Assembly (NCBI RefSeq): GCF_006345805.1
Contig: NC_043011.1
Location: 65,236,464-65,300,463, forward strand
Direction: 5' to 3'
Length of the DNA stretch: 64,000 nt
Origin: Octopus sinensis
Lineage: Eukaryota
Shown: piece by piece, positions 12,739 through 25,099 of the stretch
Position numbering within the stretch: the first letter of the stretch is position 1
Layout: each line of letters starts with the position of its first letter
The notes under the pieces: model-generated
What the model was told of the DNA's origin: nothing
What the model saw: only the letters and a program-made list of their open reading frames with translations
Database searches by the model: none
Position numbers and translations under genes: made by a program

Positions 12739-14063
12739 GTGCGTGTGCGTGTGTGTGTGTGTGTGTGAGTATGTATATATGTATAAATATATATATATAT
12801 ATATATATTTTGTATTTGCTAAACTGGCAATATGACCATTCCGAAATATAACAATATCTGTTTCAACACACGACTTCACATAAAAAATCTTTACATACCT
12901 TCATATATATGTATATATATATATATATGCATATATGGGGGAACAACATCGTAAAAACAAACATATAAACAAACGCTTTTCAAACAATGAAAAAAAAAAC
13001 CCAGTGAAGCAAGACACACAAGGAATGTCTCCCTTCTTCAGTTGTCCCTGTTTCATCTACTTCGGCTTTCCGAGTGTAAGGACAAGACGTGACGTCGTTG
13101 AAACAGTGCTTCTCGCAATGCAAATTAAATAAATTTTGGGATCTGTGCGGAGGGTGATTGTGGTGACAAGAACAGGACAGTGAGAACAAAGCAGGAAAAC
13201 AAATAAAAATATAACAATAGTGAAGGACAGAACAATGAGAAGAAAACAGTAAAAACAAACGATAAGGGCTGTGAAGCCAAGACGATGGAAATATTATTCA
13301 GAGTCGTTAAGGAGACAGCTTCTGAAGAGACAGGAAAAGCTAGCCTGGTCTTTGGGCTTCGTGAAGATAGTAGTCGAAAAGATGGCTTCCATTTGATCAC
13401 GTGTCAACGATGAGAGAGTCGAGGGGGAGGAGGAGTAAGTGGGGGGAACGGTGAAGGCGAGAGGCAAGAATAGGGAAGGGTAGGAGAGAAAACCAGGAAA
13501 GATAAAGAACAAGAGAGGGAGAGACATAGACAGAGAAGATATTTATATGTGTATATATATATTTATATATATATTGAGAAAAGTCGTCAAAATTGTGGAA
13601 AAAAATTCTTTTTATTTCTTCATTATTATTATCGCTTTCGTTCCTCTCTAGAACTTGTCAAATAAAATTTGGGAAATGTACAAAAAGCTTGTTCATGTAT
13701 ATAAAACACGTTATTTCGGTATTTTATTTAGAAGACAACATTGTTTTTTGTTGTTTTGAGGGGAATAACGGTACAAGACAATGGAGATCGATAGATTCAA
13801 ATATAGGTCGGTAGGTAGATAGGCTGGAATGTAGCTAGCTAGCTACATAGATAAATAGATATATAGTTATAGACAGATACATAGCTAGAAAGACCGAAAA
13901 ACAGATATCCACCTTCCTATTCACCCTTTATTTATTTAATATGTTTTCCTTTTACCATTGTATTGGAATGAGTTTAGGGTCGGCGTCAACATTATTTTAA
14001 CTGGTTCTACTTTGTCTTATTTTCCTTATACATATCAACACACACACACACACACACACATGC

Positions 14064-14105
<42 letters not shown>

Positions 14106-14257
14106 CGGGTGGGAAGGGGCTGTTGACACAATCGTTTCATTCACAAATTTGAATTCGGTGATACTAGTTGCGGATTCTAGCTCGCTCTGATACTGAGTTG
14201 AGTTGGTGCCTCCTAGTATCTCAAAATTCAATATATAATCATTTATGATTATAGTAT

Positions 14258-14364
14258 TCTACGCTGAAGAGAAAAGAAGTTTCGGTAAGATAGAATTATT
14301 TAATATTTAATATTTAATTCTTATGCTTTCCTAAAAACTTGATTTCGAAACGTACGTCCGTAGA
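14258..14364 (+). ncRNA. Minimal type I hammerhead ribozyme (Penelope-LTR type), intact core
   Basis: tctacg CTGAAGA gaaa...tttc GAAA cgtacg TC cgtaga. Perfect 6-bp stem I, G-C closing pair of stem II, palindromic stem III, GUC triplet. Confidence 0.8.
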
Positions 14365-14727
14365 TAACTTTAAAAATGTATGATATATTGCAGTCAATTC
14401 ATTCTCTCTTACCTGTTTGTGTCAGCCTTCCAATTGCTGTTTTTACTGAGATCTCCCTTTTTAGTAGAAGAAATAGCTATAACCCTTTGACTGCTATTTC
14501 TAAATTCGGTATGTGGTAAGGCAATTCGTTGCTAAACCCTTATTGCTTAGTATATATATATATATATACAGAACCATTGGTTACTCGATAGACAAATATA
14601 TAGATTTATGCGGAGAATTTTGATAAATAGTTACTTCTATAAATTTGCATTTATGTTGAGTGGAAAACTAAAATATATTGAACGGTTTTGACAAATCAAA
14701 CCGTAAGACAATAATTGTGATACTTAC

Positions 14728-14764
14728 CAATTAATAGAAGGAAAATAAACGCAGAAATCTTCAT
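14728..14764 (-). CDS. Copy B exon 1 (signal peptide MKISAFIFLLLI)
   Basis: ATG...ATT G|GTAAGT, 37 nt. Confidence 0.85.
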
Positions 14765-16867
14765 TATTATTTGGTCTCTTCACCACCGGTGTATTTCGAT
14801 GCTGTAATCTTCAAGATGACTTATTTTCATATGAAATAAAATGCACCACCTGTTGAACCCCTGATATTTATTGATATTCATTGCTATGGAAGCTGTAAAT
14901 ATATGCTTAAAAGTTGAAATATTGTTTTCGCTCTACAATTATTTAGAACTTGTAAGTATTAGGAATAACTTTTATTTTCTTTTTATAGGGCTTTACTGCT
15001 AAAATATTTAGGAGAGTAAATAAAATATTGTTACCCAGATGGTATAAAATTCATAGTAAAGCAACCCCAATACAAACAGATATATATACAAACAAATATA
15101 TATTCTTGCTTTATTTTATTCTTTTACATCTTATTTTAGGTTTGTGAGCTTGCATGAATTATGCAATTAGTACTTTTTCTTGAGTACATTTAATGCTTCG
15201 GGGAAATCGATGACGTAATCAGATTTGTTATATAATATTTTACTGAGACAATAATGAGTTGAATTGCATACTCTAGATTTCGTGGGTTATTTACTTTTTA
15301 TGCACTTACACCTACTCCTTATATATGCTTCCATAGTAATCCGAAAAGTCGGGTCAGTTGAAGTATATTGACCGGAGTTTTGACGGGGAACTAACGTGGT
15401 GGTCATTTTAGAGTTTGTTCTAGAACACACTTCCTAAGCGTTTTGCGTAACGTTCCCATTTTCTTATAATCTTTACCTATTTGATCTGGTCTGTTGGAAA
15501 TAGTAAAGATTCATTGGGTTCATCTGATGTAAATTTCATTATGCTTGGCGACCATAGATATGATTATCTACTCCAGACTACTAAGGCTAATGCTGTACTC
15601 GACAGAAGCATTATTACCTGCCCACGTGTATACAATAACTAACGAAACGATTATATATCGATTTTGCTAATCTTGGTAATGTGTAATAGGGGAAAATCCA
15701 CTACTGCACATATTTTACCTCCACATATGTTATGATACTTAAGATAATGTAATTGCCAACAGTTGTGAACTTCCTTGATTAGGGACGTTCCTTGGTTTTG
15801 CGCTGCTGAGAAGGTACCAAGCATTGAATCTTTCGCACACTTTTTGATTGAATTTATGTCGGATGTAGAACCTCAGTAGCATCAGCTCTCATTTTTGTTC
15901 TATATATTTTTGTTGTGAGGCTGTCAGTTGGTATAATTAAAGACTTGTCCTACAAATCCTCAGATGTATAACATAACAGGACACACACGTACACATACAT
16001 GCATACACACACATATATGCATACATATATACATACATGTATGCGCATACACACTGAACCACACACAAGCGCAGAAACAGAAAAAACAACGTCGCTCGGA
16101 AACGGACTGAATCAAAGATTATTGAAAATGTTACAAGAGGGAAGGAAAATTTTAGAAAAAAATTAATAAATGAATGGGAACTTTACTGGTGAGAGTATTA
16201 AATAGTAAGGTACTAAACACAATGACTCTAGCGAGACAGTAAAATATGCTTCAACACACGAATTCACATAAATAGTCATGCAAACGAAACCACAAGCGAA
16301 GATATATTTATATGTGTGTATGTGTGTGTGTGTGTGTACAATTTAATGAAGTATTATTACCAGTATTAAAATTACACCAATAATAATAAAGAGGCCATAG
16401 AATTTAATCATAATAGGTAAAATGTACAAATAAGACAGGGGAGATAAACACCATTGGCTAGAAAGGGCATTTAACCTCCAAGACCATAAATTCCTGTCTA
16501 TATTGAACACGTACAGTGAATGCAACGAACATAATAATAATCGGCCATATCTCATACGGATTACAGAGTAAGAACAAATACATTGGTATTATAGATTTTC
16601 TGCGTTAGCTCTTACTACATAAATCTATATTTAAAAATATTCAATTCCTTAAACCATACGCAGTTGTTCATTTGAATCCCTCCTCCGGTACTCTGTCTTA
16701 TAAATAAATAATGCGTTTTTCTATACTTACTTTATTTTAAATATTCTATGTGTACCAAAGTCGTGAAGCATTCTACGTCATAAGCAAATCGGATATGAGA
16801 TAATAACAATTCAAAGTAAGTTACTCTCAAAAGACATTGTGTACGTTCCCCGAGAATATAACCCTTC

Positions 16868-16958
16868 GGACGGTTAGACTTGAATGTAGACAATGAATGT
16901 AGAAATCGTCTGACATTTCTGACGGTTAGACAATGAATGTAGAAATCGTCTGACATTT
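16868..16958 (+). repeat. Short tandem duplication (~40 bp unit, gacggttagac..aatgaatgtagaaatcgtctgacatttc)
   Basis: Two adjacent copies read directly. Confidence 0.85.
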
Positions 16959-17559
16959 CGTATTGCAGCAGACATACAGATGTGTATACTCGTTGGTTTC
17001 AAAATAACATAGATTATCAATATAGTTACAAAATTTAGAAATATGACAGTTAATAACACTGGGCCACTGGGAAAAATATTATTACTAAAACTAATGATTT
17101 ATTGATGGGAAATAACATCGTTATTATTACATTAGTATATTTCAGGTTGTATATTGTAATTCATTGCGATCCATGTTTTACATATATGAGAAATTTTTGA
17201 CATTATACTTGTATAAATTTACAAGTTTAAATACAAAATAATTGAGGTGGTTAATTTCAGAGATACCACGATTACGTAATTAAAAATATGAAGACACACC
17301 GTTTCACATACAAACAGATTTACGCACGTATACATGCAAAAACACACACATAATCGCACACACACACACACACACAAATGGAATTATATATAAATCTAAC
17401 TATAATAAAATATGAGATTGCAGAAACCTAGAAACTGGACTTGAAAAGAACAATATTATGACTGAGAGAGTAAACTTTAAAATTAAAATTGTAATAAAGA
17501 CATTGCTTTAGAGAAATGTTCACCACAGATAACAGAGATATCGAATGTTTGAGGCATCT

Positions 17560-18170
17560 GTAGCGACTTCTATCAGCGATTGATTTATTTGAGATATCAC
17601 ATGAAAAATATTTCTTTTCTATATGAATACGTTTCTGGTTTGTCAAGTGCTCACACTGCGATAATGATTTACCCCAGATATCCCAATGATATGGCTTCAC
17701 TCCTATCTGAATAAGTCTATGAGAATCGCGGTTACATGTGAGAAAGTTTGAAGCGAATATCAGAATGACAAGGTGTTTTTCCAGTATAAGTTCGTCTTTA
17801 GACAAGACATATTTTCCAGTGAATTATTTCCCACGGATTTCACGTTGATATGGTTACTCACCTGTGTCAATACATATATGAGTAATTATTAAAATGATTT
17901 GCGACAGATATCCCATTGATGTGCTTTTTCTACTGTACGAATATGTTTGTGTTTAGTTAAATGACTATTTTCGGAAAATGATATACCACAAATACCAAAG
18001 TGATATGGTTTCTCTGTTGGAGGAATGTTTCCATGAGCAGTTAAGGATATAGCACCACGATAGGATGACTGTCCTATCTTTTTCGGCATCTTTTCTGAAA
18101 ACTCAACCCTGAAAAATTCATCGGTTTCACATGTTACCTTTTCCATAATTTCATTCACTTACCTCAATAT
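17560..18170 (-). pseudogene. Decayed C2H2 zinc-finger gene
   Basis: TGEKPY-like linkers and finger remnants (EKPYHFGICGISFSENSHLTKHKHIRTVEK; GVKPYHWDIWGKSLSQCEHLTNQKRIHIEKK) with lost Cys/His, stops and frameshifts. Confidence 0.85.
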
Positions 18171-18550
18171 AATGAGGTCTTTCTCAGGTTTATATTTATA
18201 TTGTGGATCATTAGTTGTAATTCTAAATTGAAATACTTAAGAATCCATTGTTCGCTTTCAATGAAACGTCTACTTACATGGATGTCTATACATTGACAGT
18301 TAAATCTTCCAAACCTAAATATTTGAAGAATCACGTCACAATTTAAGCATAGTTAATACGTATAATTGCTTAGTTCCTAATTGCATTCACTATGATTTCT
18401 TTGTTTTACATGCAAATTCGTCTTTAGCAATGATTTTATGTTGTTCTAAATGTAAATACAAAATATTTTGTAAGATGATAACACCATATTAAAATAAAAT
18501 AATTCGTTTTTCTTTAAATACCATTTGCACTCAGATTTACTCTTTGGAAT

Positions 18551-18646
<96 letters not shown>

Positions 18647-18727
18647 ATAAGATTAATTTGATAACTTATCAATTCATGATTTCAAATGTTCGGATAATGT
18701 GTTTCGGGAATAAAATATAATGAAATA

Positions 18728-18729
18728 TG

Positions 18730-18799
<70 letters not shown>

Positions 18800-18935
18800 G
18801 AAGAAGAAGAAGAAGAAGAAGAAGAAGAAGAAGAAGAAGAAGAAGAAGAAGAAGAAGAAGAAGAAGAAGAAGAAGAAGAAGAAGAAGAAGAAGAAGAAGA
18901 AGAAGAAGAAGAAGAAGAAGAAGAAGAAGAAGAAG
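18728..18935. repeat. Compound (AAT)n(AAG)n microsatellite
   Basis: Direct reading. Confidence 0.97.
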
Positions 18936-19663
18936 GAAAAAAAGGAGCGCCAGCCTTGACAGCGGCTGGACATATTCCTGTCTGCTCTGACAATTCAGTA
19001 GCCGAACGCCATAGAAACACTAATATGACCCAGTTTAGCAACGGGGAAAAATAACTCTCAAAGACTGGAACATCTACAATATCTTGTGAGTATTTAAAAT
19101 TCTCTTCAAAATAAGTTAAGAAATTTACAAATTTACATATCTACAGTTTTCAAAGATACTTCCGATCAGCTTTAAAAACTTTAATACCCACAACTGCCTC
19201 TGTAAACATTTTTTAATTTTCTTCTCTCTAAAAACATCACGCTTTTCTTTTTGTGGACTTACAAAACCTTAAACATTCTATGAAAATCTGACTTTTCTTT
19301 GCTTCCTCCCTGAATATTCAAATATAAATGTAAACATATACTTTTTATTGCAAAAACACACCTGTTCTTCTCACTGGATATACAAACATCTCTAGAAAAG
19401 GCAACTTCAACCTCCACAATATTACCTTAGACGAAATATACAAACAGATTTTATTGCAATAACACAAACGCACATGGAAAAAATAATGATACTAAGATTC
19501 TCTCTGGTCGGACACAACTTCTCTATTCACAAACAATACAGAACAGCCCTTCCTTAATTTTTCTTAAGGCTAGTAGTAGCAGACATTTGAACTTTTTTGA
19601 GCGATGGGACTCCACCCCACCTAAAAGAAGGGGAAAACAAAAATAAATTTACATGAGCCACAC

Positions 19664-20030
19664 TTACTACTACTACTACTACTACTACTGCTACTACTGC
19701 TGCTGCTGCTACTACTAAAGCTGCTGCAATTACTACTACTGCTGCTACTACTGCTGCTGCTGCTCCAACTACGACCACTACTACTGCTGCTGCTACCACT
19801 GCTGCTGCTGTCACTACTACTACTATTGCTACCATTGCTGCTGTTGCTGCTGCTGCTGCTGCCACCTCTGCTACTACTACTACTGGTACTACCACATTTG
19901 CTGATACTACCACTGCTGCTCTTGATGCTGTTGCTGCTGCCACTACTATTGCTACTTCCACTGCCGCTCCAACTGCTGACAATGATATTGCTGTTACTAA
20001 CAACTACTGAGGCTGCTGCTGCTGCTAAAG
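19664..20030. repeat. Degenerate (CTA/CTG)n low-complexity tract
   Basis: Direct reading; source of the Ala/Val- and Leu-rich ORFs. Confidence 0.9.
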
Positions 20031-20109
20031 ATGATAAATGAGGCCCCTATATAAAATTTAGTGGTTAAATCTTTTATTTAAACTTTTTTTAATGAAAACT
20101 TAATAATAA

Positions 20110-23101
20110 TTTAAATTTACTTGAAAAGAAAATTTCTAACAGTACACCGCTTCGCTTGTCCAATGATTATAAAAGAAGCGCGCCCGTCAGGAGGCTGCCA
20201 GCCTGATGGCGAAAATTTTCAAATGGCAGAATATCTTCCCCGAATACGAACCTAGAAGGTCACTTAAACGGGATTTGTCCCAAATTAAGACCCCAAAGTT
20301 CGTCACCACAACGACCAGAAAATCAAAAAAGTAAAATTATTAATGGAACCAGGAAGAATATAAAGAAGTAATATATGCTTATTACTTTCCATTAAGTAGG
20401 TCAACCCGAGCAAAACTCACCGCAAACTCCTACAGAATTTGGAGGAGCCAGAATCCAGCTAGCAGACCAAACCTAGATGAAAACAGATTAGCAAATGCTA
20501 GAAGAGATATCTTCAGATATACCGGGCTCACAGATGCAGAATTAACGTCTATTAAAAAGGTGGTAGAGAATGACCTAAATGTAAGTCAGGAAAGAAAAAA
20601 CGAAGCTGAGGAGAGGAATGTTGAGCCACAAGCATTGACTGAAAGGCGACCATCTGCCGAATCGACTCAAGATCCTGAAGAAGAAGCAAATACGACCCTA
20701 GAAATAACAGCCCGGAAAATTATGTCGACGCAGAATTTGAAATAATATGTTTGTTGAACAACACAGAAAATCTATCATTGAAATGAAGCAAGAAGTTCTG
20801 AATGAGCTTGCAGTTGTAGGCCAAACAACTATGAATGATAGGGAAACACTCCATAAACTCTCAAATGCACACCAACATAAAACACAAATAAAAATTGGCA
20901 ACTGCGTTACACAGGAAATCATACAACAACTAAAACCCGATCTTAATAAATTAAATGAAATTATTTACTCTGTCGCTAAGGTAATCGAAAGACGCTATTT
21001 AACACCGAAAAAGCCAACAATACCAAATTCGAAAAGAAAATCAAACTGGAGGAGTAGAATTGAAACTGAAATTGAATCATTGCGAAGGGAGGTATCAATA
21101 TTAACTGAGCTAATCTCTGGAAATGACGTAAGATCAAGAAAAAGGCAGGAAGATTGTGAGAAAAGATGGACACTCAACAAAAGAAGAACTAATGTCAGCG
21201 AAAGAAACACTGAAACAAAAAGTTAAAGCAAAAGCTCAGAGACTACGCAGATTTGAGAAAAGAATCAAATTCTACAAACAAAATAAGATGTTTAAATCCA
21301 ATGCCAAATCATTTTATAGGGAAATAGGGAAAGAAAAAATAACCATTGAATATCCACCCCTAATGGAAGAAGTTGAAAACTTTTGGAAGGGGATCTGGAG
21401 TGATGAGAAACCATACAATGAAAATGCAGAGTGGATCAATCACACCCAAGATGATTTCAAAAATCTACAAGAACAGGTATGGTAAGACATCTCAATCGCC
21501 GACCTAATGTAAGCACTAACAAAGGCTCAAAAGTGGAAACCCCTGGTAATAATAGAGAACTATATTTCTGCCTCTCATCATTTTCGTCCGCAAACAAAAT
21601 GTTAGTAATACTATTTAATGAAAGACCCGGAAAAAACACCCCATTGGATGGCAAATGGTATTACTTACCTCCTCCCCAAAAATAACAAAACGAAAGACCC
21701 AAAAAACTACCGGCCTATAACATGTTTATCTACTACCTATAAGAGTTTGACATCTATTCTAGTAGAGAAAACATATACGTTTATGGAAGAGAATAACCTC
21801 TTTCCCACTGAACAAAAAGGATGCAGACGAGGCTCATACGGATGCAAAGATCAGCTCCTAATTAATCGCATGATTCTTGAGAACTGCAATAACAAGCGCA
21901 GAAATCTCAGCTCTTCATGGATTGATTATAAAAAAGCCTTTGACAGCATACCACATTCGTAGATTCTGAAATCGCTGGATATTTTCAAAATTTCTCCTGT
22001 GATTTCAGATTTTTCAAAGTATATGTCACTATGAAACACGAAGCTCCAATTATATCATTCTAGTGGAATATTGCACTCAAACGACATTAGCATAAACTGT
22101 GGAATTTTCCAAGGTGACTCACTTTCACCACTAATTTTCTGCATAGCACTAATACCACTCTGAAGTGAATTGAATAGAACAGGATATGGCTACAAAATTG
22201 ACAACAAGAAAATAAGCCATCTATTTTATATGGATGACTTAAAGCTATATGGCAAAGATGATGAAGAGCTTGAAGGATTATTACATATTCAGTGATGATA
22301 TCGGGATGGAGTTTGGCCTTGAAAAGTGTGCCAAACCACTTTTAAGAAAGGGAAATTGGTAAAGTCTAGTTCAATCGAATTAGATGTCGAAATAGTAATA
22401 AAGGAACTTGAGCAGGAACAAACCTATAAATACCTAGGAATAAATGAAGGCTCTGGTATCCAGCATGCAAGCATGAAAGAGAAGCTTAGGAAGGAATGTT
22501 ATAGAAGAGTCCGAGCAGTCCTGAAGTCTGAGCTGAATGTATATAATAATGTTTTAGGCATAAATTCCTTAGCAGTACCAGTTGTCCTTTATAGCTTCAA
22601 TGTGCTTAACTGGAATACCAGTGAAATAATGAAAATTGACAGGAAAATCCGCAAGCTACTGACTTGTAATAAGATGCACCATCCAAAGGCAGACGTGGAT
22701 CGCCTTTACCTTCCCTGAGCTCAGGGAGGTCGAGGTTTGATCCAGCTTGAACTTACATACAAAACCACCACAATCGGACTGGCCAAATACCTTGAAGCAA
22801 ACAACGATTGGATTCGAAAACATGTTGAAAAACATGAAAGACTAAAAAGACTTCACTCTATTCTCAAAGAGAGCAAGAAATTCGCTGCTGATCTCTTAGA
22901 TACCCACCAGATTGATCAGGCTGAAGGAAATGCGCCAAATGCTGCTGCAAAGGAAATAAAATTAATTGCAAAGACAAAAGCACATGAAAATTTAGCTAGC
23001 AGAAACCTTTCCATGGCAAGTATGTGGCCTCTTTTCTGCCCTAGGTGTATGGAAAACACTCGGCGAGAAACGGAAGTAAATTTGAAGAAAGAAGGAATAA
23101 A
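20110..23101 (+). mobile_element. Dong/R4-clade non-LTR retrotransposon, degenerate, endonuclease region deleted
   Basis: RT motifs NYRPITCLSTTYK, EQKGC, WIDYKKAFDS, GIFQGDSLSP, HLFYMDDLKL; HPKADVDRLYLP..GGRGL. Jumps from HGKYV (~23025) into the 3' UTR; (TAA)n on both sides. Confidence 0.92.
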
Positions 23102-23102
23102 C

Positions 23103-23139
<37 letters not shown>

Positions 23140-23174
23140 TAATAATAATAATACTCATAATGATGATGATGATG

Positions 23175-23215
<41 letters not shown>

Positions 23216-23242
23216 CATAATGATGATGATAATAATAATAAT

Positions 23243-23339
<97 letters not shown>

Positions 23340-23340
23340 A
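23102..23340. repeat. (AAT)n array switching to (ATT)n at ~23298
   Basis: Direct reading. Confidence 0.95.
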
Positions 23341-23954
23341 TTGCAATAAAGAGGAAAATATATATTAAGCGCAAATCATTGCACACACTATTCATTGAAC
23401 AATTTCAGATATTTATTTCAGATATTTAATTCAGATATTTATTTCAGATATGTATTTCAGATATGCATTTAACAAATTCCGACTTCGTCAGAAATATGTT
23501 TAGTTTACTTTCTTCTTGTTCTGTATATTTCCCGGCTTAAACGCTTCTCGGTATTCATCCAATGTTGAATATGCTAGGACTGTGCATCCACATTTTTCAT
23601 TTCTGGTCCATGTTCTCCATGCAAAACTCCTATTATTTTAATTAACTATATTTACCTTTTTGATTAAAAAACATCATACAATCTTAGATATTTTATAAAT
23701 GTTTTTCTCAATCTTAGAAATTATGAAATAATCTATGAAACTATCTTAGATAAATGTCAGCATGTCTATTGCAAATATATCTTTTTATGACATATTTGTA
23801 ATAGAAAATACATATAAACATATATAATTAATAAATAGTAAACTGTTTCTTAATTGTTGCTCTTTTATAAATTTTATACGTTTTTACTATGTACATATTT
23901 AAATATGCACGTGTTAAAGACAATACTCTTGTCTACAATAGCTTGAAATTTGTG

Positions 23955-24305
23955 GGGAGGAGTCTAGTCGATTGGATCGGCCCTTTGGTCTCACTCTACT
24001 TAATTCATCATTTCCAAAAGGATGAAATGTAAAGTCGTCCCCGGTGGATTCTGAACACAGAACGTAGCGACGGTCAAACTACTCCTAAGCATTTCGTCCA
24101 CCGAGCTAATGATCCTGTTAGCACACCGTTATGTATAAACTCTAGGCACAAGGCGCCAAATTTCTGGAGAGTTGACCAGTCGATTAGATCGACCCTTGCA
24201 CGCAATTGGTACTTCATCGGCTTCGAAAGGCGGGAAATCAAAGTCGACCTCGGTGGAATTTGAACTCAGAACGTAAAATATGGACAAAATACCATTAAAC
24301 ATTTA
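23955..24305 (-). mobile_element. Two adjacent degenerate copies of the SINE family at 7181-7416
   Basis: aaaggatgaaatgtaaagtcg...gaacacagaacgta and aaagtcgacctcggtggaatttgaactcagaacgta. Confidence 0.8.
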
Positions 24306-25099
24306 TAATGTAAATCGTGAATGTAGAATATTTGTAAAGTGAACGTAGCTTCGCTACATACACTTTGGAGGCGGAACAAAGATCAACATAAATGTACAGA
24401 GCGCCGTTTAGGGCTCTGTCCCTTTATGTTAAGCGGATGTGTTCAAGAACAATGCGAAATATCGTTAAATGAAAAGGTATTTTTTATTTGTTCAAATGAT
24501 CGCTTCTTTTCCTCATTTAAATCCACATCAGCTTTTTTAAGTTGATAATCTTTCGCGAGGTTTCACCGCAAGTTTCCTATCATAGAGCACTTTCATTTCA
24601 ATACAACTATAGTAAAGTTTTCTATTTGATAGCTGTGATATTTTGATTCAGAGTGAATTTTAGGAGTTACGTATGTTTTCTCTGTCATTTAAAGCCACGC
24701 AATCTTTTCATAGCTATTAAGTTCACAACGTATTTCGTCATAAGGCACACATTCGTTTCAATCCAATTTAATCGATACTTTTCTCGTACAATATCTGAGA
24801 TATTTTATTCAAATTCAGTTTCTCCTCTAATTCCTGATATTTATCTCACCTATGTTTTTTTATATTGCATCCATACTAAGAGTACAGACATAAGGATACA
24901 TTTCCGACAAGTGGAGGATGGATTATGTGTTAATAATTGTGAGAAAATAACTAAGCGATTATTACTTAAAAAATTATACAAACATTCTCCTATTGAAACC
25001 ATTATTTACAAAATTGATATCTGCTGATATACTTAGTTTATAAATTTTCAGACAGCAAGAAGCAGAATAGGATTAGATTTCAGCGTTTAATTCCCCATC

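Noticed and set aside
19554-20041. Ala/Val-rich ORF resembling an antifreeze or structural protein
   Set aside because: Degenerate trinucleotide repeat without splice or start context.
24330-24600. CpG-containing promoter-like stretch (TTTCGCG)
   Set aside because: No linked exon could be identified.
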